Part shown: one piece after another, positions 54,535 through 64,000 of the stretch
Position numbering within the stretch: position 1 is the first letter of the stretch
How the letters are laid out: the number at the start of each line of letters is the position of its first letter
NCBI GenBank assembly: GCA_963809485.1
Contig: CAWEJX010000015.1
Coordinates: 64,001-128,000 of the forward strand
Direction of reading: 5' to 3'
Length of the DNA: 64,000 bases
Source of the DNA: an uncultured Acidobacteriota bacterium
GTDB lineage: Bacteria > Acidobacteriota > UBA6911
Notes under the pieces: model-generated
The model's database searches: none
Told to the model about the DNA's origin: nothing
What the model saw: only the letters and a program-made list of their open reading frames with translations
Program-made: the position numbers and the translations under genes

Positions 54535-54623
54535 CAGCATTAACTGCTGAGAAAATGGTATCTATCTATTTTTTTCAGCGGGCGTCAGCGTTTTTCAGCG
54601 TGCGTCAGCGTTAAAATTTATCG
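54535..54623 (+). repeat. Copy of the 90-bp element
   Basis: CAGCATTAACTGCTGAGAAAATGG...TCAGCGTGCGTCAGCGTTAAAATTTAT. Confidence 0.88.
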
Positions 54624-54637
54624 AGGACCCAACTGCC

Positions 54638-57600
54638 ATGATTACCAAAGATCCTGTCAAAAGAGCCCGGGTAGTTTCGCAGGTCATCGAAATACTCAAC
54701 CGCATCGCGGCCCCGGAGGACAAACACCTTGCTCTGTCCATCGCGCCCGTAATCCTGGGGGAAGCATCGGACCGGATCATGTTCCTGCTTGATCCCGAAA
54801 TACTGGCCAGGCGCCTCATGTACCACTTCAAATTCATCGTCCACGAAATGCCCCCTTCGATCCAGCTCGTAAAAGGCCCGCCGGGCATCCACGTCGCCGT
54901 CTACAATCCGGACGACGAGGAAGCCCTCGCTATGGGCGGAGGCGCCGGCGCTCCCCTCGAATCTACGGTCGTGCGCACCCACACTCTCGACGCGCCCTTC
55001 ATCTTCGACAGCCTGAAAAACTACTTCAGCAAGGCCGGCCTGAGGGTTTTTTCTGCGGTGCATCCGACCTTTGCCGTGCGCCGCCAATGGGAACGCATCG
55101 TATGGATCGGCCCCCCGCACGAAGAGGGCATCCGGGAATCTTACTGCCAGTTCCAGATCGAGCCGGTGGACTCGCAGGAGCGCCTGCGCCGAATGCAGCA
55201 CGAAATCTTTTCGGTCCTGAAATGTGTCTTCCTCGCGGTCGAGGATTTCCAGCCCATGGCCGCACAGACGAAGGAAATCGCGCGCCTGTTGCGGGGCAAA
55301 TCCGAAAATGCCGCGGAGCTGGCTTCCGCGCGCGCGTTTGCCGATTGGCTGCCGGAGGAAAACTACATATTTCTCGGCCTGGCGCGCTATTCCCAGGGGG
55401 AAGACGGCCGTCTGCACCGGAGCGAGGACACGGTCCTCGGCGTTTTCCGCGACCCGGAACTGCTGCCCGTCGTGTTTCCCAATCTCGTGGACGAGGCGGA
55501 ATCGCACATCCTGCCGGCTGCGGACGATGCCAGGATCGTCTGCCTCGATTTCAGCAAAAATTCATCGGCCCTGCATCACCTGGAGCCGATCGATTACGTC
55601 ATCTTCCGCGAGTGGGACGCCCAAGGCAACTTCAGCGGCGCTTCCCTTCTACTTGGAAGGTTTTCCCGCGGGGCCTATTCCCAGCGGTCGGAGCGGATCC
55701 CTTTACTCAGGGAAAAAATCCAATGGATCCTCGAGGACAGCCAGGCGGACCGCAATTCCTTTATATACCGCGAGCTGGTTTCAACCTTCAACCGCATGCC
55801 CATGCGCGAACTGTTCTACGCTCCTCCCGCCACGCTGAAGGGGCTGATGGAGCCGATCGCCTTCATGCTCAGCGATGAGGAAATCGTGGTGCGCATGCGC
55901 CGGGGCGCCGGCTATATCTCTCTGGCCATCGCCTTCTCGCGGTTGCGCTACTCCTATGGGCTGGAGGCCGGCATACGCAAGGCGTTTGCCGAGGCGTTCG
56001 GCCCGGTGGCTTTCGAGACCCTGGCGGATTGCGGCTCCGCCAACCTGCTCCTGTTCTATTTCGACCTGGACCGCCTGATCCACCCCATCGACGAAGAAGC
56101 GGTGCTGAAAATTGCCTCGACGCTGATTCGCAATTGGGAAGACAAGGTTTTCGCCGAAGTTGAAGCTGTTTATGGGGAGCGCGAAGGCCGTCGCCTTTTC
56201 CAGCGCTTCGTCACCGCCGAAACCCGCAGCGGCCTTTATCGGGAGATTACTCCGCCGGAGATGGTTCCGGAAGACCTGCGCCACCTCAACCAGCTGGAGT
56301 CCCGCCTGGAAGTGCGCATCGTCCCCAGGTCAGCCGATACGGCCAGGCTTCATCTATACTCCATGCACGCCCTGGGCTTGACCGAAACCCTCAGGACTCT
56401 CGATAACCTGGGATTCGAGGTCACGGATGAGATTCGTATTCCGCTGCTGCTTCCCGAAGACCGCAAATGCTACCTCTACCGCTTCGAGATACGCGGCGCG
56501 CCGGCTCAGATTCAGGCGCTGAAGGAGGGCGAGGACCGCTTTGTCGAGGCTCTGCGCGTGCTGGACGAGGACCGGGCGACGAACGACGCGCTGAACGGCT
56601 TGATATTGTCTGTCGGCCTGGGCTGGCGCGACGTCGAAGCCCTGCGCACAGTGCGAAATCACCTGGTGCAGATCCGCCAGTACTACAACGCCGATACGGT
56701 CAACCGCGTTCTTCTGAACAACAGTTCTGTGGCCGGAGCTTTGTTCCGGTGCTTTTCGGCCCGTTTCGACCCGGCTTTACCCGGCGACCGGCAGGAAGCG
56801 ATGCAGGCGGCTGAAAGGGTTTTCCAGACTGCGCTGGATACGGTGGCCAGCCTCGCCGATGACGAAATCCTGCGGGCGATGCACAACCTTATACTGAGTT
56901 CCCTGCGCACCAACTTTTACCAGCTTCCCGAGCGTCCCGTGTTTTCGATCAAGGTGGAAAGCGGCAAGGTCGAAAACATGCCGGCGCCGATACCCATGTT
57001 CGAAATATATGTCCACTCCAACAAGATCGAGGGGATTCACCTGCGCGGCGGGCGCGTCGCCCGGGGCGGCATACGCTGGAGCGACAGGCACGACGATTTC
57101 AGGACAGAGATCCTGGGCCTGATGAAGACTCAGATGCTGAAGAACACCATCATTGTGCCGGTCGGGTCCAAGGGAGGATTTGTGCTCAAGGGCGATGTGC
57201 CGGCCCGCCCCGCGCTCGACGCCTATCTCGTCCGGCGTTACAGCGAATACATTTCAGGATTGCTGGACGTTACCGATAACATCGCGGACGGGCAGATTCT
57301 GCATCCCCCCGAAGTAGTGCGGCAGGACGAGGACGATTCCTACCTGGTTGTGGCTGCGGACAAGGGTACGGCCCATCTTTCGGACACGGCCAACGGCATT
57401 TCGGAACATTACGGGTACTGGCTGGGAGACGCCTTCGCGTCCGGCGGCAAGACGGGGTACGACCACAAAAAGATCGGCATTACGGCCCGGGGCGCCTGGG
57501 AGTGCGTCAAACACCATTTCCGAAATCTTGGCACGGACATCCAGAAGGAGCCGTTCACGGTCTGCGCAATCGGCGATATGGCGGGCGATGTTTTCGGCAA

Positions 57601-58873
57601 CGGAATGCTTCAGAGCAGAACAACGCGGATGGTTGCGGCGTTCAATCACATGCACATTTTTATCGACCCCAATCCTGATCCCGAAAAAAGCTACAGGGAG
57701 CGGGAAAGAGTGTTCAATCTTCCGCGATCGACGTGGCGCGATTATGACGCATCGGCGATCAGTGAAGGGGGCGGCATTTTCGATCGTTCGGCCAAGGCCA
57801 TCAAGCTGAGCCCGCAGATGCAGGCGCTGCTGGGCATTCAGGCCGAGAGCGCCAGCGGCGAGGAGTTGATCCGGCGCATTCTGACGGCGCAGGTTGATCT
57901 GCTTTACAACGGGGGCATCGGGACGTACATCAAGGCGACCGGCGAATCCGATGCCGAGGTCGGCGACCGGACCAACGACCGTGTCCGCGTGAATGCGGCG
58001 GAAGTCCGGGCCCGCGTCGTGGGGGAAGGCGGCAATCTGGGCATTACTCAGAAGGGGCGGATCGAGTACTGGATGCACGGCGGGCTGATCAACACCGACG
58101 CCCTGGACAATTCAGGCGGCGTGGACACATCCGACCACGAGGTGAACCTCAAGATTCTGCTCGACCTGCTGCTGAAAAAAGGGATTGTGCGCAGCAAGGA
58201 GGAACGCAACACGCTGCTGGCGGAGATGACGGAGGAGGTGGCGGCGCTGGTGCTGGCCGACAACGTGAACCAGTCCCGGGCGCTTTCGCTGGATGGACTG
58301 CGCAGTGCAGCGGATTATGCGTCCTATGTGAAGCTTACGGATGAAATGCTATCGCGCGGTATTGTGGACCGGCATTATGCGCATCTGCCGTTAAGCGAGG
58401 AATTGCGGCGCAGCGAGCAAAGGAAGCGCGGGCTGCCCAGGCCGCTGCTGGCGGACCTGCTGGGATACACGAAGATGTGGGGCTCCGACGGAATCATGGG
58501 CGGGGATCTGCCGGACAGCGATGTGGCGCTTCCCTACCTGCAGGGTTATTTCCCGAAGCGCCTGCACAAAGACTTTGGCGCGTACTTCAGGGAGCATCCT
58601 TTGCGCCGGGAGATCATTGCGACTGCGGTGATCAATTACGTGGTGAACAACGGGGGAATTGGTCTGTTGCCGCGTCTGATGCTGGCAAGCGGCAAGGGGC
58701 TCAGCGAAGTGATTGCGGCTTATTTGACGGCGGACCGGGATTCTGCTGCGTGCACCCGCCGCCAGCAAATCCTCGATGCGGGACTTGCAGCCCACCCCGA
58801 GCACGAAGCTCTGCTTGAAATCGAGAACGCCCTGGAATCCGCCACCCTGGCATGCCTTGCCACAAGTCCTTGA
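54638..58873 (+). CDS. Large NAD-specific glutamate dehydrogenase
   Basis: HLRGG.VARGGIRWSDR, VPVGSKGGF, YLVVAADKGTA, DAFASGG, GDMAGDVFGNGML, GVDTSDHEVN. Confidence 0.95.
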   Translation: MITKDPVKRARVVSQVIEILNRIAAPEDKHLALSIAPVILGEASDRIMFLLDPEILARRLMYHFKFIVHEMPPSIQLVKGPPGIHVAVYNPDDEEALAMGGGAGAPLESTVVRTHTLDAPFIFDSLKNYFSKAGLRVFSAVHPTFAVRRQWERIVWIGPPHEEGIRESYCQFQIEPVDSQERLRRMQHEIFSVLKCVFLAVEDFQPMAAQTKEIARLLRGKSENAAELASARAFADWLPEENYIFLGLARYSQGEDGRLHRSEDTVLGVFRDPELLPVVFPNLVDEAESHILPAADDARIVCLDFSKNSSALHHLEPIDYVIFREWDAQGNFSGASLLLGRFSRGAYSQRSERIPLLREKIQWILEDSQADRNSFIYRELVSTFNRMPMRELFYAPPATLKGLMEPIAFMLSDEEIVVRMRRGAGYISLAIAFSRLRYSYGLEAGIRKAFAEAFGPVAFETLADCGSANLLLFYFDLDRLIHPIDEEAVLKIASTLIRNWEDKVFAEVEAVYGEREGRRLFQRFVTAETRSGLYREITPPEMVPEDLRHLNQLESRLEVRIVPRSADTARLHLYSMHALGLTETLRTLDNLGFEVTDEIRIPLLLPEDRKCYLYRFEIRGAPAQIQALKEGEDRFVEALRVLDEDRATNDALNGLILSVGLGWRDVEALRTVRNHLVQIRQYYNADTVNRVLLNNSSVAGALFRCFSARFDPALPGDRQEAMQAAERVFQTALDTVASLADDEILRAMHNLILSSLRTNFYQLPERPVFSIKVESGKVENMPAPIPMFEIYVHSNKIEGIHLRGGRVARGGIRWSDRHDDFRTEILGLMKTQMLKNTIIVPVGSKGGFVLKGDVPARPALDAYLVRRYSEYISGLLDVTDNIADGQILHPPEVVRQDEDDSYLVVAADKGTAHLSDTANGISEHYGYWLGDAFASGGKTGYDHKKIGITARGAWECVKHHFRNLGTDIQKEPFTVCAIGDMAGDVFGNGMLQSRTTRMVAAFNHMHIFIDPNPDPEKSYRERERVFNLPRSTWRDYDASAISEGGGIFDRSAKAIKLSPQMQALLGIQAESASGEELIRRILTAQVDLLYNGGIGTYIKATGESDAEVGDRTNDRVRVNAAEVRARVVGEGGNLGITQKGRIEYWMHGGLINTDALDNSGGVDTSDHEVNLKILLDLLLKKGIVRSKEERNTLLAEMTEEVAALVLADNVNQSRALSLDGLRSAADYASYVKLTDEMLSRGIVDRHYAHLPLSEELRRSEQRKRGLPRPLLADLLGYTKMWGSDGIMGGDLPDSDVALPYLQGYFPKRLHKDFGAYFREHPLRREIIATAVINYVVNNGGIGLLPRLMLASGKGLSEVIAAYLTADRDSAACTRRQQILDAGLAAHPEHEALLEIENALESATLACLATSP

Positions 58874-58892
58874 GGAGCCTTCTGACTTTATT

Positions 58893-58938
58893 GTCAGCGT
58901 ACGTCAGCGCTCATCGGCGTACGTCAGCGTTAAAATTT
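58893..58938 (+). repeat. 3' half of the 90-bp element between convergent genes
   Basis: GTCAGCGTACGTCAGCGCTCATCGGCGTACGTCAGCGTTAAAATTT. Confidence 0.8.
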
Positions 58939-58958
58939 CCGCGATAAGCTACTATCCT

Positions 58959-59621
58959 TTATGCCATCTCCAACACCTTCGCCACCAGCTTCTCCGCTCC
59001 CTCCCCCACTTCCTTAATGCTCTGCGCCAGCATATAGCACGGCGTTGTGACGATCTTGTTCTTCTCATCCACAACAATCTCGTTCACCTGCGCGTTCTTA
59101 TGCTTTGCGCCCATCTTCTCCATGGCAGACGCAGTCCCGGGATCGGTCCCGATGGTGAGCTCAACGCCAAAGTCCTTGCCAAACAACCGCGCGATTAGCG
59201 CCGGAGCGATGCAGAGCGCGCCGATAGGCTTCTTCTGTCGATGCATCTCGCCAAGCAGCCGGGCGACATCCTCGTCGGCCTTGCAATCCGTGCCATCCAT
59301 GGCGAAGGTGCAGAGGTTTTTGGCGGATCCGAAACCGCCGGGTATGACAATGGCGTCCAGATCGGCCGCCTTGACCGTTTTTACGTCTTTGATATTCCCC
59401 CGGGCGATGCGCGCCGCCTCGACCATAGCGTTGCGTTTTTCCGCAACCGGCTTTTCGGTGATGTGGTTTACGACATCGTGAAGATCCTTGTCGGGCGCCA
59501 TACAGATGTATTCGGCGCCATGTTTATCGAGAAAATAGAGCGTGAGGGTCGCCTCGTGAATTTCGCTGCCGTCTTTGACGCCGCAGCCCGCCAGCAGAAC
59601 GCCGACTTTTTTCTTAGCCAT
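58959..59621 (-). CDS. elbB: Glyoxalase ElbB (DJ-1/ES1 family)
   Basis: GCGVKDGSEIHE, EAARIARG, PGGFGSAKNL, CIAP, TTPCYM. Confidence 0.93.
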   Translation of the reverse strand: MAKKKVGVLLAGCGVKDGSEIHEATLTLYFLDKHGAEYICMAPDKDLHDVVNHITEKPVAEKRNAMVEAARIARGNIKDVKTVKAADLDAIVIPGGFGSAKNLCTFAMDGTDCKADEDVARLLGEMHRQKKPIGALCIAPALIARLFGKDFGVELTIGTDPGTASAMEKMGAKHKNAQVNEIVVDEKNKIVTTPCYMLAQSIKEVGEGAEKLVAKVLEMA

Positions 59622-59671
59622 AACGCCTCCTTTAATCTTTTCCCCGAATTAAACCAAAATCCTCCCTCAAT

Positions 59672-59760
59672 CAACATTAACTGATGAGAAAATATTATTT
59701 ATATAAAATTTTTCAGCGTGCGTCAGCGTTTATCGGCGTACGTCAGCGTTAAAATTAATG
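59672..59760 (+). repeat. Copy of the 90-bp element just left of the IS
   Basis: CAACATTAACTGATGAGAAAAT...TCAGCGTGCGTCAGCGTTTATCGGCGTACGTCAGCGTTAAAATT. Confidence 0.88.
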
Positions 59761-59878
59761 TGCAGGCTTCCCTAATCCCGCGCTAAGGGGCCGAGGGGCG
59801 CGTCATCCCTGCAATTCCTAAAACTTTTCTGGAGAAAATGCTTGACTTTTTATTATGGATGGGATACATAGCCAATCC

Positions 59879-60226
59879 ATGGAAACCTTACAACGGATTC
59901 AGCTCGAAAAACAGCGGGATGCTTTGCTGGAACAATTGCACGGAATTGGCAACCTCATGCGCGGAACCCTGGTTCAGACGAAGGTCCGCTGCGGACGCAA
60001 AGGTTGTGTCTGCGAAACTGGCGAGAAGCATGTGAAGGTGCATTTGTCTCTGAATCTCCACGGGCGCACCCGAGGCTGTTATGTGGGAGAGCGGGAAGAA
60101 GCAGTTGCTGCCCTGATCCGCGAATATCAGCGTGCGTGGCACCTGATCGAACAGTTGACGGAAGTGAACCTGGAACTGATCCGCGGGAATCATCCGGGCG
60201 GACGACGGAGCAAGAAACGGAGATGA
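59879..60226 (+). CDS. IS accessory protein, DUF6788-like (putative Zn-binding)
   Basis: RGTL....RCGRKGCVC..GEKH motif; ATGA overlap with the transposase. Confidence 0.75.
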   Translation: METLQRIQLEKQRDALLEQLHGIGNLMRGTLVQTKVRCGRKGCVCETGEKHVKVHLSLNLHGRTRGCYVGEREEAVAALIREYQRAWHLIEQLTEVNLELIRGNHPGGRRSKKRR

Positions 60227-61626
60227 AAAATCAACGGATACTCCCTTATGTGGTTGAAGTGATGGATAAGCCGGAGGGGATCACGGCTTGGGCGGGACTG
60301 CCATCGGTGCTGGATGCCATGAGGGCTTTCGGTCTGGCCGAAGTGACTCGGGAACAGATTCGAGTGCGCAAGAGAAATCGGGGCTACAGCGAATCAAAGA
60401 AAGTCGAGGCGCTTGTTCTGCTTATGGCTGCGGGCGGCGAATGCGTCGACGATATCCAGATGCTGAAAGCCGATGCGGGATTATGCCGGCTGGTGGGGGA
60501 TTTTCCGAGTGCGGATGCGCTCCTGACGTTTTTGTACGCTTTTCACGATGAGGCGCTGATCGAGAAAGCTCGGTCGCAATTGACGGGAGATCGAGTGGCC
60601 TTCATTCCTGAAGAGAACAGAGCGCTGCAGGGATTGGCGGAAGTCAACAAAGCCCTGGTGCATCGGGTGGCGGCGCAGGGGAGCTGCAGGCGGGCAACCC
60701 TGGACCATGATGCGACCATTCAGGAAAGCCACAAGCGCGAAGCCCAGCCGCACTACAAAGGAGGACGCGGGTACCAGCCCTCGGCCATTTACTGGGCCGA
60801 GCAGGATTTGGTCGTTGCCGATGAATATCGGGATGGGAATGTTCCGGCGGCGATGGAGAATCTGCGGCTCATCCGGCGGGGATTTGCGAGTTTGCCTGAC
60901 TGGATTGAGGAGCGATACTTCCGAGCCGACAGTGCCTGTTACGACGAGCAGATACTAAAGTGGTTGACCAATCCTGAGCGTGAGGGCGGACCGAAGGGAG
61001 AGATTGGCTTCACGATCAGCGCGGACATGACCGCTGCCCTGCACGACGCGTGTGCGGCAGTGCCGGAAAATCTCTGGCAATTAGTGGAAGAGCGAGTCCA
61101 TGAAACAGTGTGGTGCGCCGAGGTGGAATTTACACCGGGCAACTGGCCCAAGGATGCCAGGCCACTACGCTACCTGGCTGTACGGTTTCGCGCCCGACAG
61201 GGAGAGCTGTTTGGCAACGGCAACTGCCTGAAGTACCTTGCCGTAGTGACCAACCGCAGCGGCGAGGCGGTGGACCTGTTGCGGTGGCACTGGCAGAAAG
61301 CCGGCACGATAGAATTGGTCCACGACGTGAGCAAAAACGAATTGGCGGCCAGGGTGCCGCCCTGTGGCCGCTTCGGGGCCGACGCAGCATGGTACCGGCT
61401 TAGTTTGCTCACCTACAATTTACTGAGCGCGCTGAAGTCGGTGGCCTTACCCGCAGCCATGAGCAACGCACGTCCCAAGCGATTACGCTTTTCCCTGTTC
61501 AACATCGCCGGACGCATTGTCTCCAGAGGCGGGAAGCTCATCCTGCGAATCGCGGCCGACATCGAGCGGATTGTCAAGCTGATTGAAGCGAGGGCTCGTC
61601 TGGCAGCATTGCCAGCGGTAACCTGA
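60223..61626 (+). CDS. IS1380-family DDE transposase
   Basis: TAWAGL, TLDHDAT, YQP, RDGNVPA, FRADSA, IE....SKN, RFGADAAW, LRFSLFNIAGR. Confidence 0.9.
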   Translation: MKNQRILPYVVEVMDKPEGITAWAGLPSVLDAMRAFGLAEVTREQIRVRKRNRGYSESKKVEALVLLMAAGGECVDDIQMLKADAGLCRLVGDFPSADALLTFLYAFHDEALIEKARSQLTGDRVAFIPEENRALQGLAEVNKALVHRVAAQGSCRRATLDHDATIQESHKREAQPHYKGGRGYQPSAIYWAEQDLVVADEYRDGNVPAAMENLRLIRRGFASLPDWIEERYFRADSACYDEQILKWLTNPEREGGPKGEIGFTISADMTAALHDACAAVPENLWQLVEERVHETVWCAEVEFTPGNWPKDARPLRYLAVRFRARQGELFGNGNCLKYLAVVTNRSGEAVDLLRWHWQKAGTIELVHDVSKNELAARVPPCGRFGADAAWYRLSLLTYNLLSALKSVALPAAMSNARPKRLRFSLFNIAGRIVSRGGKLILRIAADIERIVKLIEARARLAALPAVT

Positions 61627-61909
61627 AACTAATCTTCCGCCTGATCCCTCACCTCTCAGGGCGAAGGCTCGCCCAGCCGCATAATATTTCCTCTTGGGAC
61701 TTCCCCTCACCCGAATCACTTCGTTCTTTATTGGGAATGAGTGGCCGCGTCGTCAGTCCAGACCGGTTTTCTGCGGAGGCGTAGTGCCCCTCGGCGCCTT
61801 AGCGCGGGATTAGGGGGCCTCCTCTTTTCTTGCTTCTTCCCATATAACGCATATAATTACCAGTTTTGCTTGCCCCAAGGCACGCAGCCAGAAAGCTTAG
61901 GCGATATTA

Positions 61910-63317
61910 ATGGATAAGAAATTCGGCAGAGATTTGACCGTAGGGAGCATCCCCCGGCACCTTTTGGCATTTTCGTTACCGATGCTGGCCGGGAATGCTC
62001 TCCAGAGCGGCTACAGCATCATCAACATGATCTGGGTGGGCAACATTGTGGGAGAAGGCGGCCTGGGAGCGACCGCGATCAGCTTCCCGATCATGTTCAT
62101 CATCATCGGGCTGGCCTCGGGCGCGACCATGGCCACTTCGGTGCTGGTCGCCCAATATTACGGTGCAAAAAACTTTTCGAGGATGAAGCGGGTCATTGAT
62201 AACTCGGTATCCATCGGCCTGGTTGCCAGCATCGTTCTGGCTGCGCTCGGGATCATCTTCAGCGCTTTCCTCCTGGGATTGATGGACACTCCCAAGGAAA
62301 TCTTTCTCGATGGCTGACAGCTATCTGAAGATCTCTCTTGCCGGCGTTATTCTGATGTATCTCATGTTCACCATCAGCTCGATTCTGCGCGGAATCGGGG
62401 ATACGGTGACACCGCTGATGTTTATGGGATCGGGAATCGTGATAAACGCGATCCTGGATCCTTTCATGATCATAGGCATCTGGCCCTTCCCCAAGATGGG
62501 ATTGAACGGAGCCGCGTTGGCTTCGGTGATTTCTCAGCTCATCAGCCTGACCATGCTGCTGGTCTATTTGAAGGTCAAGAAACACGCAATTTCCATAAAT
62601 TTCCGGAAGCTGACATTCGACAAAGACATCCTGCTCCTTATTTTCAAAATCGGTTTCCCGTCCATGATTCAGCAGTCGCTGGTATCGATCGGGCAGGCTT
62701 TTGTCACGACATACGTGAATTTCTTCGGCGCCTCGGCAATTGCGGCGTTTGGCGCGGCGGGCCGGATCGACATGGTAGCCACAATGCCCGCAATGGCCAT
62801 CGGCATGGCGGCGACGGCCCTGACGGGGCAGAATCTCGGGGCAAGAAAGCCGGAGCGCGTGAAGGAAATCTTCAAGTGGGCGGTGATGCTGGGAACTGCG
62901 CTTTCGGGTGTAATTTCACTTCTGGCGGTAATATTCCCGCGCCTGATCCTTAGGATGTTCATCCATCATGAGCCGGTTCTGGAAATCGGCATCATGTACT
63001 TGAGGATCGTCGCTCCCTGTTATTTCCTCTATGCCCTGATGTTTGTCTCGACAGGGATCGTGAATGGCGCCGGCCAGACCATGGTAACGATGGTCTTCAG
63101 CCTGCTCTCGCTCTGGGCGGTGCGTGTACCGCTGGCCTGGTACTTGTCCCAGCACACCCGACTGGGAATGACGGGCATCTGGATTGCGATGGCGGCAGGA
63201 TTCGTGGTGACCTCGGTCATCAGCTACCTGTATTATCTATCCGGCCGCTGGAAAAAATTCGCCACCGCCTCCCAAATGCCCGTTGAAGAAAAAATGGGCA
63301 TGGCCTTGGAAGGCTAG
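61910..63317 (+). CDS. MATE-family efflux transporter (frameshifted near 62310)
   Basis: DLTVGSI...LL.FSLP, LRGIGDTVTPL, GQNLGA....RV across two consecutive ORFs. Confidence 0.88.
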
Positions 63318-63336
63318 GGGACACGGGCGCATCCCT

Positions 63337-64000
63337 CTAAATCCCATGGCGATTCTTTAGTGAATAGACAAACACCGGCGTGGGATGATCCGGTACTGGA
63401 TAAGTACCAATCAGATCATATTTTGGAAGAATTGTCTGGATTGCAGTGAGAACTTCGCGAATAGCGCTTGGTTTTCCGGCTCGAAAAAATGTTTCTTCCA
63501 GCGAAAGATCCTGAGGTGTGTCCGGATGTATCACCATGACCGTGGGCGGCTCGGCCGAAAGCTTTTTGGCATCCAAATGGGCTATGTAGTCTGGGCAGGT
63601 ATCCACCCAATGATTGAGACTTCTGGTAACCGGCATTCTCTCGGACAAAGCGTAAAATATAGGCATGTTGGGGTAGACGAAGATTCGATCTGTGGGCTTA
63701 GAATGCGCAACAATCTTTTCAGTGACGCTCTCAAAGAAATCTGCGGTATAGGGTGAGAGCAGAAAGCCGGACAGGGCTTCCAGCTTCGGTTGGACCCTGG
63801 ATGTAGCGATAGGTGGCTCATTCCATCGGCCCCAACTCTGCGGAAATGCGTATTTGCGCCAGGTAACCGAAACAATGACAAATAGGCAAATAATAATTAC
63901 GACGACCCGATAGCACGCTGCAATAGGTCTGCCGTTAGCTTTTTGAAGCGAATTTGCGAGCAGGTAAGATAGGCCTGGAAATATCATGACCTCAAATGCA
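63337..64000 (-). CDS. C-terminal part of a membrane protein, possibly glycosyltransferase-like (likely cut by window edge)
   Basis: TM helix then DRIFVYPNMPIFY.LSER, like the periplasmic tails of ArnT-type proteins; more AT-rich than its neighbours. Confidence 0.5.
   Translation of the reverse strand, partial: AFEVMIFPGLSYLLANSLQKANGRPIAACYRVVVIIICLFVIVSVTWRKYAFPQSWGRWNEPPIATSRVQPKLEALSGFLLSPYTADFFESVTEKIVAHSKPTDRIFVYPNMPIFYALSERMPVTRSLNHWVDTCPDYIAHLDAKKLSAEPPTVMVIHPDTPQDLSLEETFFRAGKPSAIREVLTAIQTILPKYDLIGTYPVPDHPTPVFVYSLKNRHGI

Larger units (their letters stand above)
59770..61815 (+). mobile_element. IS1380-family insertion sequence with two ORFs
   Basis: 30-bp inverted repeats CCCTAATCCCGCGCTAAGGGGCCGAGGGGC and GCCCCTCGGCGCCTTAGCGCGGGATTAGGG (1 mismatch); flanks GGCTT and GGCCT. 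Confidence 0.9.

Overview
A 64 kb, GC-rich bacterial chromosome segment, probably Acidobacteriota (inferred from the mix of gene families). It is mostly housekeeping and envelope genes: the end of pilT, recX, alaS, an SLT, an amidase, a Crp regulator, pabB, ftsY, birA, valS, a RomR-like regulator, bamD, rpe, rsmB, fmt, def, aroC, mlaEFD, a Lol-like ABC cluster, rodZ-like, dnaK-dnaJ-hspR, galK, two kinase-family genes, an ExeA-like ATPase, a fused 2-oxoacid dehydrogenase E1, NAD-GDH, elbB and a MATE transporter. It also holds tRNA-Ala(CGC), tRNA-Val(CAC) and one complete IS1380-family element. recX, alaS, birA and the MATE gene are frameshifted, most likely through assembly errors. The most striking signal is non-coding. 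Many intergenic gaps contain gene-less, self-complementary elements from several families: 7-, 8-, 9- and 10-mer micro-repeat hairpins, IS200/IS605-like end pairs carrying those hairpins as cargo, a 302-bp MITE carrying REP-like palindromes, and single REP hairpins. They often start at stop codons, and in one place they nest five layers deep (21403-21917). Protein highlights are a HEAT-repeat pseudokinase, a RomR-like regulator next to valS, and a PAS-like/ExeA fusion. All family assignments come from motif recognition by eye; no database search was run.
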